Counted from the first letter of the stretch, positions 1-9,804 are shown. The stretch is 64,000 nt of DNA from Angustibacter luteus (GCF_039541115.1 NZ_BAABFP010000008.1:434001-498000), one strand, 5' to 3'. Program-made: numbers and translations. The notes: generated by a model from the sequence alone, not told the origin.

Positions 1-630
1 CCGCGCGGCGAGGGCCTTGCCGGCGTCGACGGCCGCTTCGTGCGCGGACTTCTTCATCAGCTCGGCGAGCTCGGCGAACTCGTCGAGGGCCGGGTTGACG
101 CCGACCAGGGTGAACTCGCGCTCGATGACGGTGAGGTCGGCCCCCCAGATGTCGGCCAGGATGCGGCGGAGGTAGTCGGTGTTGTGGTCCCAGCCCTCGC
201 GCGGGGTGCCGGCGCCGTACGCGCCGCCGCGGGTGGTGAGCAGGACGACGGGCTTGCCGTCCAGCAGCCGCTCGCCCTGCTCGCCGCCGGCGATGGCCAG
301 GTCGAACCAGACCTTGGCGTGCTGGGAGACACCGAAGTTGTAGAGCGGCAGCGCGAGGACGGCGGAGTCGGCGTCCCGCAGCTCGTTCGCGAGGGTCGCC
401 GCGAGCGCCAGCGCGTCGATCTGGGCCTGGCTGCGGTCCTCGGCCGGCGTCCACTTGCCGGCGATGGCGTCGGCCCAGGCGTGGGCGGGCAGCGGGTCGG
501 CGGCGAGGTGGCGCTGGACGACGGGAACGTCCGGTCGTGCGGTCGTGAGCTCGGCCAGGACGAGGTCAGCCAGCTCGCTGCTGGCCGAGCGCGGTCCCTG
601 GATGCTGGCGTCGACGCGAAGCACGGTCAC
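1..630 (-). CDS. azoR: FMN-dependent NADH-azoreductase / flavodoxin-like quinone reductase (3' end beyond window start)
   Basis: Hand-translated (absent from the ORF track because no stop is in the window): VTVLRVDASIQGPRSASSELAD...ALPLYNFGVS...LTTRGGAY; SD AAGGAG before GTG at 630. Confidence 0.88.
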   Translation of the reverse strand, partial: MTVLRVDASIQGPRSASSELADLVLAELTTARPDVPVVQRHLAADPLPAHAWADAIAGKWTPAEDRSQAQIDALALAATLANELRDADSAVLALPLYNFGVSQHAKVWFDLAIAGGEQGERLLDGKPVVLLTTRGGAYGAGTPREGWDHNTDYLRRILADIWGADLTVIEREFTLVGVNPALDEFAELAELMKKSAHEAAVDAGKALAAR

Positions 631-649
631 GGGGTTCTCCTTTGGTGGG

Positions 650-694
650 GTTGAATGTTCAACACCGTACGCCGACAATGGTTGAACATTCAAG
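650..694. promoter_or_regulatory. Paired palindromic operators, probably MarR sites
   Basis: GTTGAATGTTCAAC (650-663) and GTTGAACATTCAAG (681-694), both TTGAA-N2-TTCAA, between divergent azoR and marR. Confidence 0.75.
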
Positions 695-713
695 TCGGCC
701 CTACGCTGAGCAC

Positions 714-1208
714 ATGACGGCCCGATCTCAGGACGACGACGTCCCCTGGCTGAGCCCCGACCAGCAGCGGGACTGGCGGTCCCTGATCGCCCTGCTCGCG
801 ACCCTGCCCACGGCCCTCGACACCCAGCTCAAGTGCCAGGCCGGCCTGAACGCGTTCGAGTACCACGTGCTGGCGGCCCTGTCCGGCTCCCCGGACCGCA
901 CCCTGCCGATGTCCCGCTTGGCCTCCCTCTCCCAGGGCTCGCTGTCCCGGCTGTCGCACGCGGTGACCCGCCTCGAGCACGCCGGGTGGGTACGGCGCAG
1001 CAGCTGCTCGACCGCTGGTCGTCGGGTCGACGCCCGGTTGACCGACGCGGGCTGGGTCAAGCTCCAGGAGTCCGCGCCCGGGCACGTGCGGGAGGCACGC
1101 CGGCTGGTCGTGGACGCCCTGACGCCTGAGCAGCTCGCGGCGCTCGGTGAGGCGGCGCGGGTGATCGTGTCGGTCGCCAACCCCACCGTCGCCGGGCAGC
1201 TCGCCTGA
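714..1208 (+). CDS. MarR family transcriptional regulator
   Basis: wHTH pattern MSRLASLSQGSLSRLSHAVTRLEHAGWVRR...ARLTDAG; TACGCT 6 nt before ATG 714. Confidence 0.9.
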   Translation: MTARSQDDDVPWLSPDQQRDWRSLIALLATLPTALDTQLKCQAGLNAFEYHVLAALSGSPDRTLPMSRLASLSQGSLSRLSHAVTRLEHAGWVRRSSCSTAGRRVDARLTDAGWVKLQESAPGHVREARRLVVDALTPEQLAALGEAARVIVSVANPTVAGQLA

Positions 1209-1225
1209 CCGTTCCACCTCGACAC

Positions 1226-1281
1226 CGTGGCAACCCGGCATCGTGGCAACCCGGCATCGCCGGGGCTGCGAGGTTGCCACG
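1226..1281. repeat. REP-like element: tandem 16-mer plus inverted partial copy
   Basis: CGTGGCAACCCGGCAT at 1226-1241 and 1242-1257; inverted GGTTGCCACG at 1272-1281. Confidence 0.7.
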
Positions 1282-1324
1282 TTGCTGGCACCCGCCGGCG
1301 AGCGGCTGCACCTAGCCTGACGGC

Positions 1325-1672
1325 ATGACGTCGGACCTGACGGAGGTCGAGGATCGGCTCCGGACACTGCTGGACCGCTACCGCCCTGAGCTCGTGGACG
1401 GCAGCATCTACGGCGTTCCTGCGCTGGTCTGGCCCGGCGCGACCGGGCACGACTACTTCGTCGCCTCGAAGCGCGGCAAGACGTTCGTCAGCCTCTACCT
1501 GATCATCGCCGACCGGTATCCCGAGGACGTCGCCGCCGCCTCGTCCGAGCTGCAGGCCCGGCGCAGTGGACGGGCCACCTTCTCGTTCCCCTCCCTCGAC
1601 GACGCGCTCGCCGCCGACCTGGCCGACCTCCTCGACCGGCTGCTCGTCCGCTATCGCGCGGAGCACGCCTGA
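1325..1672 (+). CDS. Small protein, DUF1801/YdhG-like
   Basis: 115 aa, YGVPA...FVSLYL...RSGRATFSF pattern; TAGCCT 6 nt before ATG. Confidence 0.6.
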   Translation: MTSDLTEVEDRLRTLLDRYRPELVDGSIYGVPALVWPGATGHDYFVASKRGKTFVSLYLIIADRYPEDVAAASSELQARRSGRATFSFPSLDDALAADLADLLDRLLVRYRAEHA

Positions 1673-1710
1673 GGTGTCGCCGACGAGTGCCGTGCGGGCA
1701 TGATGGCGAC

Positions 1711-2064
1711 ATGGAACGTGTCCTCGGAGTCGGTGGCTACTTCCTGCGGGCCGCGGACCCGGCGGCCCTGGGCGCCTGGTACCGCGACTGCCTCGGCCTG
1801 GACGCCGACGCGAACGGCCTGTGGCAGCCGGAGTCCGGGCCGACGGTGTTCGCGACCTTCGAGTCCGGCACCGACTACTTCGGCTCTCGCGCCCAGCAGA
1901 CCATGCTCAACTTCCGGGTCCGCGACCTGGACGCGATGCTCGCGCAGCTGCGGTCCCGGGGCGCGGACGTCGCGGAGCAGACGCAGGACATGGACGGCGT
2001 CGGTCGGTTCGGCTGGGTCACGGACCCCGAGGGCAACCGGATCGAGCTCTGGCAGGCAGGCTGA
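1711..2064 (+). CDS. VOC (glyoxalase/bleomycin resistance) family protein
   Basis: GVGGYFLRAADP...MLNFRVRDLD...FGWVTDPEGNRIELWQ. Confidence 0.9.
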   Translation: MERVLGVGGYFLRAADPAALGAWYRDCLGLDADANGLWQPESGPTVFATFESGTDYFGSRAQQTMLNFRVRDLDAMLAQLRSRGADVAEQTQDMDGVGRFGWVTDPEGNRIELWQAG

Positions 2065-2073
2065 CCCGTTGCC

Positions 2074-3885
2074 TCAGTCGAGGATCCAGCCGACCTGGTC
2101 GTCGTCCCGGGGTTCGTAGGTGCACTGGAGGCCGGTGCGGATGCTGCCGCGCAGGTGCTGCCCGAGTCGCTCGTCGACGGAGCCGATCCGTTCGACCGCA
2201 ACGGTGATGGCCTTCTGGACGGCGACCCTGGCCCGTTCCTGGCTCGATCCGGTGGTGCGGGCTCGGCCGTGCAGCCCGGTGGAACGAGCGACCTCGTCCA
2301 GCAGGGCGTCCCGCTCACGACGGGCGACCTCGGCCCGTCCGAGATCCGCCCATTCGGCGGCCTCGGCCAGCTCGCCCTCCAGCTCCCGCAGGCGTTCCCG
2401 GTAGGCCGCGATGGCCTGCGGGTCGGCGACCTCACCGAGCCCGGACTCCACCACGACACCGGTGCCCGCACCCACGAGGTCCAGCGCGGAGACGGGCTGG
2501 TGCGGACGACGAACCAGCTCGCGCAGGTAGCCGAACCCGCGCAGGGGCCGCAGCGTGACGGCGGCGTCGTCCGGTCCGATCCGCCAGAGGCCGCCGCGCT
2601 CCGGGTGCAGGTGCACGGGCCGGACGCCGAGGCTCGGGGCCGGCCGCTCCGGCGGGCTCCACGAGGCGAGCCGGTCGCGCCACCACTGGGCGCCGACCCG
2701 GTCGTAGGTGGCCAGGGCGTTGGCGCGCAGCCGATCCGCTACCTGGTGGTCACCGCGTCGGGCGGCGGCTCGGGCGAGCGTGTCGTCGGTGAGCCCGTGG
2801 AACATGACCGCCCCGGCGTTCATCACGGCCCGACCCTCGTACGGCGCCAGCAGGCCGGCCGCCGTCTCGACGACCTCGTCGTCGTCGACTGCCAGGGCCG
2901 CCTCCAGCACGCACTGCAAGGTCAGCAGCCAGTTCACGTCGCGCGGGAGGTCGGCCAGCACCGCGCCCCGGAAGGTGTGCACGAGGGCCTGGGCGCGGTC
3001 CAGCCGGTCGGCACAGACCCACAGGTACGCCATCTCCGCGCACACCGCGGGGACACCCTCGGCGAGGGCGAACGCCTCACCCTCCGCGGCGGCCGCGGCG
3101 CACGTGCGGCTGTCACCCGACTGGGCGGCCGAGTACGCCTCCATGGCCTTGAGCACCAACCAGGCATCGGCCAGGCCGGCCTGCTCGCCCGCCGCCGAGG
3201 CGACCTTCGTCAGCTGGGGCGCGGTGTCGGTGCGTCCGCGGAGCAGGTCGAGCATCAGCCGGCGCGATGCCGCGAAGAACAGCGCACGGGGGGACTCCTC
3301 CCCCAGCCGCTCCAAGGCCCGCAGGTGGCGGTGCACCGCCTGCATCTCCAGAACCTCGCACGCGACCTGCAGGCCCCACAGGTGAGCCTGCAACCGCACG
3401 TCCGGCTCGAGAACGTGCGCCGCGACCTCGTCGAGCCGGGCGACCATGGCCTGTCGGACGTCGAGCTCATCCGGTCCCCAGTGCACCGCCAGGGCAGCGT
3501 CCAGGCAGTCCGCCAGCAGGTCGGCGGCCCCGTCCCGCTCGGCCCGCTGCACGGCCTCGGAGGCGAACGGCGCGCCCCTCTCGGGGTGGCCCGCGTAGCC
3601 CCAGCACCGGGCCAGCGCGGCGGCCAGCCGAGCGCGGTCGGCGTCGGCCTCGGTGCGGGCCAGGACGTCGTACAGCTGGGCGGGTATCTTGCCGGGCTCG
3701 GCGCCGAAGACGTAGAGCGATGCCGCGCCGAGCACGGCTCGGGTCCAGCCCGGCAGGTCGTCGTCCGCGCGAGCGGCGGCGACCGCCTGGTCGTAGAGCC
3801 CGGCCGCGGTCTCTCCCCGACCGGCGGCGCGTTCCGCATCGGCGCGGTCGAGGAGATCCGTGACCACGGTCGCCCGGATGGCCAT
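2074..3885 (-). CDS. TPR-like helical protein with C-terminal putative DNA-binding region (regulator-like, no P-loop seen)
   Basis: 603 aa Ala/Leu-rich helical repeats; C-terminus GFGYLRELVRRP...ERARVAVQKAI...IRTGLQCTYEP resembles tails of large actinobacterial regulators. Confidence 0.6.
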   Translation of the reverse strand: MAIRATVVTDLLDRADAERAAGRGETAAGLYDQAVAAARADDDLPGWTRAVLGAASLYVFGAEPGKIPAQLYDVLARTEADADRARLAAALARCWGYAGHPERGAPFASEAVQRAERDGAADLLADCLDAALAVHWGPDELDVRQAMVARLDEVAAHVLEPDVRLQAHLWGLQVACEVLEMQAVHRHLRALERLGEESPRALFFAASRRLMLDLLRGRTDTAPQLTKVASAAGEQAGLADAWLVLKAMEAYSAAQSGDSRTCAAAAAEGEAFALAEGVPAVCAEMAYLWVCADRLDRAQALVHTFRGAVLADLPRDVNWLLTLQCVLEAALAVDDDEVVETAAGLLAPYEGRAVMNAGAVMFHGLTDDTLARAAARRGDHQVADRLRANALATYDRVGAQWWRDRLASWSPPERPAPSLGVRPVHLHPERGGLWRIGPDDAAVTLRPLRGFGYLRELVRRPHQPVSALDLVGAGTGVVVESGLGEVADPQAIAAYRERLRELEGELAEAAEWADLGRAEVARRERDALLDEVARSTGLHGRARTTGSSQERARVAVQKAITVAVERIGSVDERLGQHLRGSIRTGLQCTYEPRDDDQVGWILD

Positions 3886-3935
3886 GACTCATCGTAGGGT
3901 TCGGCTGCGGGCGGGGGAACGGTCCGATCGCGCCG

Positions 3936-4349
3936 TCACGGGCGGATCAGTCGCACGGCCTGGCCGTGCTCGCGCTGCTTGGCCTCGTCCCAGTCACCGG
4001 TGCAGTAGATCGACATCTCCAGGATCACGTCGTCGACGACGTCCGCCCGGATCATCTCCCGGCAGTACCACTGCTGCCCCTCGTGCACCCACCGCTCCTC
4101 GAACTCGATCGTGAAGCCGTGCCCGGTGTGCTCGACCCGCTCGACCCGCACCTGACCGGGGATCGGGTGGCCGGCGACCCGCTCGGCGATGATGTCCCGC
4201 GCGGTCTCGGTCTGGATCCGCCAGTGCGGCAGTGAAAGGTCCGAGAACACGTCTGGGGCGAAGAGCCCCTCGGGCACCGACCCTGTCTCCAGGAACGAGA
4301 TCAGCCGGGCCACCGCGACGGTGGGGTCCGCCACCGGCTGGGCGGTCAT
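3936..4349 (-). CDS. NTF2/SnoaL-like fold hypothetical protein
   Basis: 137 aa, LFAPDVFSDLSLPHW...IYCTGDWD; 4-bp overlap with the cupin gene. Confidence 0.55.
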   Translation of the reverse strand: MTAQPVADPTVAVARLISFLETGSVPEGLFAPDVFSDLSLPHWRIQTETARDIIAERVAGHPIPGQVRVERVEHTGHGFTIEFEERWVHEGQQWYCREMIRADVVDDVILEMSIYCTGDWDEAKQREHGQAVRLIRP

Positions 4350-4726
4350 GACGACGCCCCGGCCGCGGCGAGGTTGCGCTGCACGACGGCCATGGTCGCC
4401 TCGAGGTCGGCCGTCGCGCTGAACTCCACGATCGCGGTGCCGGCGGTGATCAGCGGCAGGTGCCCGGGTGGGGCGTAGTAGGCGTCACCGGCCACGTAGG
4501 TCTCCTCGCGGTCCGGCCAGCGGAAGGTGATCTGCCCGTCCGTGACGACTCCCCAGTGCACGCACTGGCACCGGTCGTCGGGGAGGCCGGTGAAGTACGG
4601 CGCGGGATCGACGTCCTGGTGGAACGACTCGAAGCTGACGGTGTACTCGTCGAGCGGCGCGTAGCGTCCCTCGATCTCGGGCTCGTCGACCGCAACGGGC
4701 GTCGACAGGCGGTTGGCGCTGGGCAT
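4346..4726 (-). CDS. Cupin domain protein
   Basis: CQCVHWGVVTDGQI...AGDAYYAPPGH; SD GAGGAG. Confidence 0.8.
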   Translation of the reverse strand: MPSANRLSTPVAVDEPEIEGRYAPLDEYTVSFESFHQDVDPAPYFTGLPDDRCQCVHWGVVTDGQITFRWPDREETYVAGDAYYAPPGHLPLITAGTAIVEFSATADLEATMAVVQRNLAAAGASS

Positions 4727-4815
4727 CGTGGGCTCCTCGGAACTCGTCGGGACTGATGCCCTGAAGGCGTGACGATCGATGGAACTCCGTGACGTCGAGC
4801 GTCACGGTCCGTTGC

Positions 4816-4832
4816 TCACCCTGAGCGGGTGA
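4816..4832. promoter_or_regulatory. Palindromic regulator site upstream of arylsulfatase
   Basis: TCACCC-TGAGC-GGGTGA, 23 bp before a TACGTT -10-like hexamer (4856-4861). Confidence 0.5.
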
Positions 4833-4900
4833 TGCTGCACGGCGGCCCCTCGCCCTACGTTCAGGACAGATCCCCAGGTCGCTGAGCACGGAGGACTGTC

Positions 4901-7267
4901 ATGGCCGCAGACCGTCACGCCCGCTCGATGTTGCCGATCCCGGACCGACCCGCGCCGGGACTGACCACGTACGACGCGAAGGACCCGGACACGGCCTTCC
5001 CCCCGATCGAGCCGCTGCTGCCCCCGGCCGGCGCCCCGAATATCCTCATCATCCTGCTCGACGATGTCGGCTTCGGCGCGTCCAGTGCCTTCGGCGGCCC
5101 CTGTCAGACCCCCACGGCCGAGCGGCTGGCCGCAGGAGGCTTGCGCTACAACCGGTTCCACACCACGGCCCTGTGCGCCCCGACGCGGCAGGCGATGCTG
5201 ACCGGCCGCAACCACCACTCGGTCGGCATGGGCAGCATCACCGAGACCGCGACGTCGGCGCCCGGCAACAGCTCGCTGCGGCCCAACACGAAGGCCCCGC
5301 TCGCGACGACGCTCAAGCTCAACGGCTACTCGACCGCGCAGTTCGGCAAGTGCCACGAGGTGCCGGTCTGGCAGTCCTCGCCCATGGGACCGTTCGACGC
5401 GTGGCCGTCCGGCGGTGGCGGCTTCGAGACCTTCTACGGCTTCATCGGCGGCGAGAACAACCAGTACGAGCCCGCGCTGTACGACGGCACGACCCCGGTC
5501 GAGCCGCCGGCCACGGCCGAGGAGGGCTACCACCTGACCGAGGACCTGACCGACCGTGCGGTCAGCTGGATGCGCCAGCAGAAGGCGCTCATGCCCGAAC
5601 GGCCGTTCTTCGTGTACTACGCGCCCGGCGCGACGCACGCACCGCATCACGTCCCGAAGGAGTGGGCGGACAAGTACGCCGGCCAGTTCGACGACGGCTG
5701 GGACGTGCAGCGCGAGCGGATCTTCGCCCGGCAGAAGGAGCTCGGGGTCATCCCGCCGGAGGCCGGGCTGACCAAGCGGCACGACGAGATCACCGCCTGG
5801 GGCGACATGCCCGACGAGCTCAAGCCCGTGCTGGCGCGGCAGATGGAGGTGTACGCCGGCTTCCTCGAGCACACCGACCACCAGGTCGGGCGGCTGATCG
5901 ACGCACTCGCCGACCTCGAGGTCCTGGACGACACGCTCGTGTACTACATCATCGGCGACAACGGGGCCTCGGCCGAGGGCACGATGAACGGCGCGTTCAA
6001 CGAGATGGCGAACTTCAACGGGATGGCCGCGCTCGAGACCCCCGAGTTCATGCTCAGCCGGATGGACGAGCTCGGCTCCCCCTCGTCGTACAACCACTAC
6101 TCGGTGGGCTGGGCGTGGGCGATGAACACCCCGCTGCAGTGGACCAAGCAGGTGGCCTCGCACTGGGGTGGCACCCGCAACGGGACGATCGTGCACTGGC
6201 CGCACGGGATCCAGGAGAAGGGTGGCCTGCGCTCGCAGTTCAGCCACGTCATCGACGTGGCCCCCACCATCCTCGAGGCAGCGGGCCTGCCGGAGCCCAC
6301 CATGGTGAACGGCGTGCTGCAGTCGCCGATGGAAGGCACCAGCATGGTCTACAGCTTCAACGAGGCCGCCGCGCCGGAACGCCATGACCTGCAGTACTTC
6401 GAGATGTTCGGCAACCGCGGGATCTACCACCGGGGCTGGAGCGCGGTCACCAAGCACAAGACGCCGTGGATGATCGTGGACCCGAACATGGGTCCGTTCG
6501 ACGCCGACGTGTGGGAGCTCTATGACGGCAGCAGCGACTACAGCCAGGCCAACGACCTGGCGGCCGACCAGCCGGAGCGCCTCGCCCACCTGCAGCGGCT
6601 CTGGCTGATCGAGGCCACGAAGTACAACGCGTTGCCGATGGACGACCGCTCGGGTGAGCGCTTGAACGCCGACCTGGCCGGTCGGCCCACCCTGATCCAC
6701 GGGAGCTCGCAGCTGTTGTTCGCCGGGATGGGCCGGCTGTCGGAGAACAGCGTCGTCAGCATCAAGAACAAGTCGTTCTCGGTGACCGCCGACGTCGACG
6801 TGCCGGCCGGCGGCGCCGAGGGCGTGATCATCGCCCAGGGCGGCCGGTTCGGCGGCTGGTCCTTCTACGCCAAGGACGGCAAGGCGACGTTCGTCTACAA
6901 CCTGCTCGGCATCCAGGAGTTCGCAGTCACCGCGGACGTCGCCGTGCCCGCGGGCCACCACCAGCTGCGGATGGAGTTCGCCTACGACGGCGGTGGGCTG
7001 GCCAAGGGCGGCGACGTGACGCTCTTCCACGACGGCGACGCCGTCGGGTCCGGACGGGTCGCCGCCACCCAGGCGATGATCTTCTCCGCCGACGAGACCA
7101 CCGACGTCGGGTACGAGTCCGGGACGACGGTCACGCCCGCCTACACGTCCCGCACCAGTCGGTTCACCGGCAAGATCCACTGGGTCCAGCTCGACGTCGG
7201 CGCGGAGGACGCCGACCACTTCATCGACCCGGAGGAGCGCCTGCGGGTCGCGATGGCCCGCCAGTAG
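4901..7267 (+). CDS. Arylsulfatase (Cys-type, formylglycine-dependent)
   Basis: PNILIILLDDVG; CAPTRQAMLTGR (CxPxR); FGKCH; SD GGAGG. Confidence 0.93.
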   Translation: MAADRHARSMLPIPDRPAPGLTTYDAKDPDTAFPPIEPLLPPAGAPNILIILLDDVGFGASSAFGGPCQTPTAERLAAGGLRYNRFHTTALCAPTRQAMLTGRNHHSVGMGSITETATSAPGNSSLRPNTKAPLATTLKLNGYSTAQFGKCHEVPVWQSSPMGPFDAWPSGGGGFETFYGFIGGENNQYEPALYDGTTPVEPPATAEEGYHLTEDLTDRAVSWMRQQKALMPERPFFVYYAPGATHAPHHVPKEWADKYAGQFDDGWDVQRERIFARQKELGVIPPEAGLTKRHDEITAWGDMPDELKPVLARQMEVYAGFLEHTDHQVGRLIDALADLEVLDDTLVYYIIGDNGASAEGTMNGAFNEMANFNGMAALETPEFMLSRMDELGSPSSYNHYSVGWAWAMNTPLQWTKQVASHWGGTRNGTIVHWPHGIQEKGGLRSQFSHVIDVAPTILEAAGLPEPTMVNGVLQSPMEGTSMVYSFNEAAAPERHDLQYFEMFGNRGIYHRGWSAVTKHKTPWMIVDPNMGPFDADVWELYDGSSDYSQANDLAADQPERLAHLQRLWLIEATKYNALPMDDRSGERLNADLAGRPTLIHGSSQLLFAGMGRLSENSVVSIKNKSFSVTADVDVPAGGAEGVIIAQGGRFGGWSFYAKDGKATFVYNLLGIQEFAVTADVAVPAGHHQLRMEFAYDGGGLAKGGDVTLFHDGDAVGSGRVAATQAMIFSADETTDVGYESGTTVTPAYTSRTSRFTGKIHWVQLDVGAEDADHFIDPEERLRVAMARQ

Positions 7268-7283
7268 CGACGGGATCCCCATC

Positions 7284-7823
7284 ATGTCGGTCGCACCCCC
7301 GCCGGCCCTGCCGCCGGCCGAACGACGTCGGCTCATCGTCCGTGGGCTGCTTCGGGCCCTCGCGGCGACCACGGTGCTGCTCGCGCTGTACTTCCGCGGG
7401 CCGTTCACCCAGGTCCAGCGGATGCCGGTGGGGTTGGCCCTCGGGTTCGCCCTCCTGGCGCTGCTGCTCGTGTCCGGGTGGCAGCTGCGGGCGATCACCC
7501 GGGACGCCCACCCGGCAGTGCGCGCCATCGAGGCGCTCGCCGTCACCGTCCCCCTGTTCCTGCTCCTGTTCGCTGCCAGCTACTTCGTGCTGGCCCAGGA
7601 CGACCCGTCGAACTTCAACACGCCCGGGCTGACCCGGGTCGACAGCCTGTACTTCACGATCACGACCTTCGCCACCGTCGGCTTCGGGGACATCGCGGCG
7701 ACGAGCGAGAACGCCCGGCTGCTCGTCTCGAGCCAGATCATCCTCGACCTGCTCGTCCTCGGCCTGGGGATCCGCGTGTTCACCGGCGCGGTCCAACGCG
7801 CTCGCCGACGCCAGGACCCGTGA
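7284..7823 (+). CDS. Potassium channel family protein (Ion_trans_2)
   Basis: Selectivity-filter motif YFTITTFATVGFGDI plus TM helices. Confidence 0.88.
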   Translation: MSVAPPPALPPAERRRLIVRGLLRALAATTVLLALYFRGPFTQVQRMPVGLALGFALLALLLVSGWQLRAITRDAHPAVRAIEALAVTVPLFLLLFAASYFVLAQDDPSNFNTPGLTRVDSLYFTITTFATVGFGDIAATSENARLLVSSQIILDLLVLGLGIRVFTGAVQRARRRQDP

Positions 7824-7844
7824 GCCGCCAGGGAAGAGCGGCAG

Positions 7845-8846
7845 TCACCGAAGGACGGCGCCCAGGTGCTTGGCGACGGGCCACGCCCCGTCGCTGCTGT
7901 TCGCCACCACGGTCCAGGTGAGGCCGGTCGAGGGCCGGTGCAGGCTGCGGAACGAGACCCCAGCGTCGTAGCCCTCCAGCAGGACTGCGTCGGTCGTCGG
8001 GTCGAGCCAGAAGCCGAGACCGTACCGTTTGGACACCTGCGGCGAGTCGCTGCGCGGGCGCACCATCTCGTCCACCCAGTGCCGCGGCACGACCTGCCCG
8101 GCGAAGACGCTCCGCCACAACGCGTGCACGTCGCCGACGGTCGTGTAGAGACCACCGTCGCCGCTGCCGCGGACCGGCAGGTGGAGCACGTTCGTCCGCA
8201 AACCCTCGGTGTCGAGGTAGCCGCGAGCCGCCCGACCGGGCAGCTCGTCGGAGCGCAGGTACGCGGTGTCCCGCAGGCCGGCGGGCCCGCACACCCGCTG
8301 CGTGACCACGTCCCGAAAGGCCGTCCCGGTGGCCCGCTCGACCAGCAGCGCGAGGACGACGAACCCGCTGTTGCAGTAAGAGAACCGGGCGCCCGGGGCG
8401 AACTTCTGGCGGTGGCCGTCCAGTACCGCCAGGTAGTCCTCGGTCTCGGTCAGCCGGTGCACCGGGACCGGCAGCACGTAGTCGGTGATCTCGCCGTCGT
8501 CGTCCTCGTCGACGTAGTCACCGATTCCTGACCGGTGCGCCAGCAGGTGCTCGACGGTCACGGCGTCGTCGATCTCGGGTAGGTCCGCGCCCAGGAGCGA
8601 GCGCGCCGTGGTCCCCAGGGCCAGCGTCCCGTCGTCCACCAGGCTGATCACCGTCAACGCGGTGGTTCCCTTGCACGCGCTGGCCACCGCGAACTGGGTG
8701 TCGAGGGTGTTCGGGACGCCGAGCCCCCGCTCCGCGAGGCCGAACGGCTGGGCGAGCACCGTCTCGCCGGCCTGGTCGACGCGGACCGCACCCGAGAACC
8801 CGTGCTCGGCGGCGATCGCGGCAACGGACGTCTGGAGCGACTCCAT
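7845..8846 (-). CDS. Serine hydrolase, beta-lactamase/PBP-like family
   Basis: SACK (SxxK), LLAHRSG, FSYCNSG (YxN); start at MESLQ, TACCGT 6 nt upstream. Confidence 0.88.
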   Translation of the reverse strand: MESLQTSVAAIAAEHGFSGAVRVDQAGETVLAQPFGLAERGLGVPNTLDTQFAVASACKGTTALTVISLVDDGTLALGTTARSLLGADLPEIDDAVTVEHLLAHRSGIGDYVDEDDDGEITDYVLPVPVHRLTETEDYLAVLDGHRQKFAPGARFSYCNSGFVVLALLVERATGTAFRDVVTQRVCGPAGLRDTAYLRSDELPGRAARGYLDTEGLRTNVLHLPVRGSGDGGLYTTVGDVHALWRSVFAGQVVPRHWVDEMVRPRSDSPQVSKRYGLGFWLDPTTDAVLLEGYDAGVSFRSLHRPSTGLTWTVVANSSDGAWPVAKHLGAVLR

Positions 8847-8919
8847 CCGTTGACGGTAGCCCCGCGGGCGTCCGCGGTGCACCGGCGTTTCTGGCGGATG
8901 AGAAACTGAGGGGGTGGAC

Positions 8920-9804
8920 ATGACGAGCTGGTTGGCGGCGGCGGTCGCGCTGGCTGCTGCCATCTCGTTCGGCTGGTCCACCGCCCTCATGCACCACGGC
9001 GCCTCGGGGGCCGCCCCGGGCAGCCGCGGGATCGCCCTGCTGCGGCACGTCTTCACCCAGTGGAAGTGGCTGATCGGGCTCGCTGCCAGCCTGTTCGGAC
9101 TGGCCCTGCACACCATCGCCCTGGGGTTGGGCTCGCTGACGCTGGTGCAGCCCATCGTGGTGACCGGCCTGTTCTTCTCGCTGGTCTTCCGGGACGCCCT
9201 CGACCGCCGTCGACCCAGTCGGCGCACGCTCACCTGGGGGGCCGTCACGGCGGCCGGGCTCGCGGTGTTCCTGGCCGCGACGGGTTCCTCCGAGAGCTCG
9301 GACGTCCCGGACGACGCCGGCGCCGCGATCGTCATCGGGCTGGGGCTGCTGGGGGCGTTCGTGGCCTGGCGCCTGGCGGCCCGGCACCCGTCGCGGGCCG
9401 GCCTGCTGCTCGGCACGTCCGGCGGGATCGTGTTCGGCCTGATGGCCGGCTCACTGAAGGCGACGACCGGCGCGTGGGCGCACCACGAGGTGTTCACCAC
9501 GTGGCCGCTCTACGCCGCCGTCAGCATCGGGCTGACCGGGTTCCTGCTCAACCAGCACCTGTACCACCGCACTCGGCTGCCGGACTCCATTCCCATGCTC
9601 AACCTGGTGAACCCGCTGGTGGCGTTGACGTTCGGCATCATCGTGTTCGACGAGCGCCCACGGTCCAGCCCGCTCGCCGTCCTCGTCGAGTGCGCCGGGC
9701 TCGCGGCCGTGCTGCTCGGGATCTTCTTCCTCGGGCGCAGCGAGGGCGAGGCCCAGGACGCCGAGGCCGCCACCGACCCGGCGGCCCGGTCCTATGCGGG
9801 CTGA
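8920..9804 (+). CDS. DMT superfamily transporter
   Basis: About 9 hydrophobic helices; ALGLGSLTLVQP motif. Confidence 0.8.
   Translation: MTSWLAAAVALAAAISFGWSTALMHHGASGAAPGSRGIALLRHVFTQWKWLIGLAASLFGLALHTIALGLGSLTLVQPIVVTGLFFSLVFRDALDRRRPSRRTLTWGAVTAAGLAVFLAATGSSESSDVPDDAGAAIVIGLGLLGAFVAWRLAARHPSRAGLLLGTSGGIVFGLMAGSLKATTGAWAHHEVFTTWPLYAAVSIGLTGFLLNQHLYHRTRLPDSIPMLNLVNPLVALTFGIIVFDERPRSSPLAVLVECAGLAAVLLGIFFLGRSEGEAQDAEAATDPAARSYAG

Noticed and set aside
40..654. 204-aa plus-strand ORF
   Set aside because: Antisense shadow of the azoreductase on the minus strand
7845..8846. True beta-lactam resistance gene
   Set aside because: No signal peptide and no KTG motif; more likely a cytoplasmic esterase or amidase
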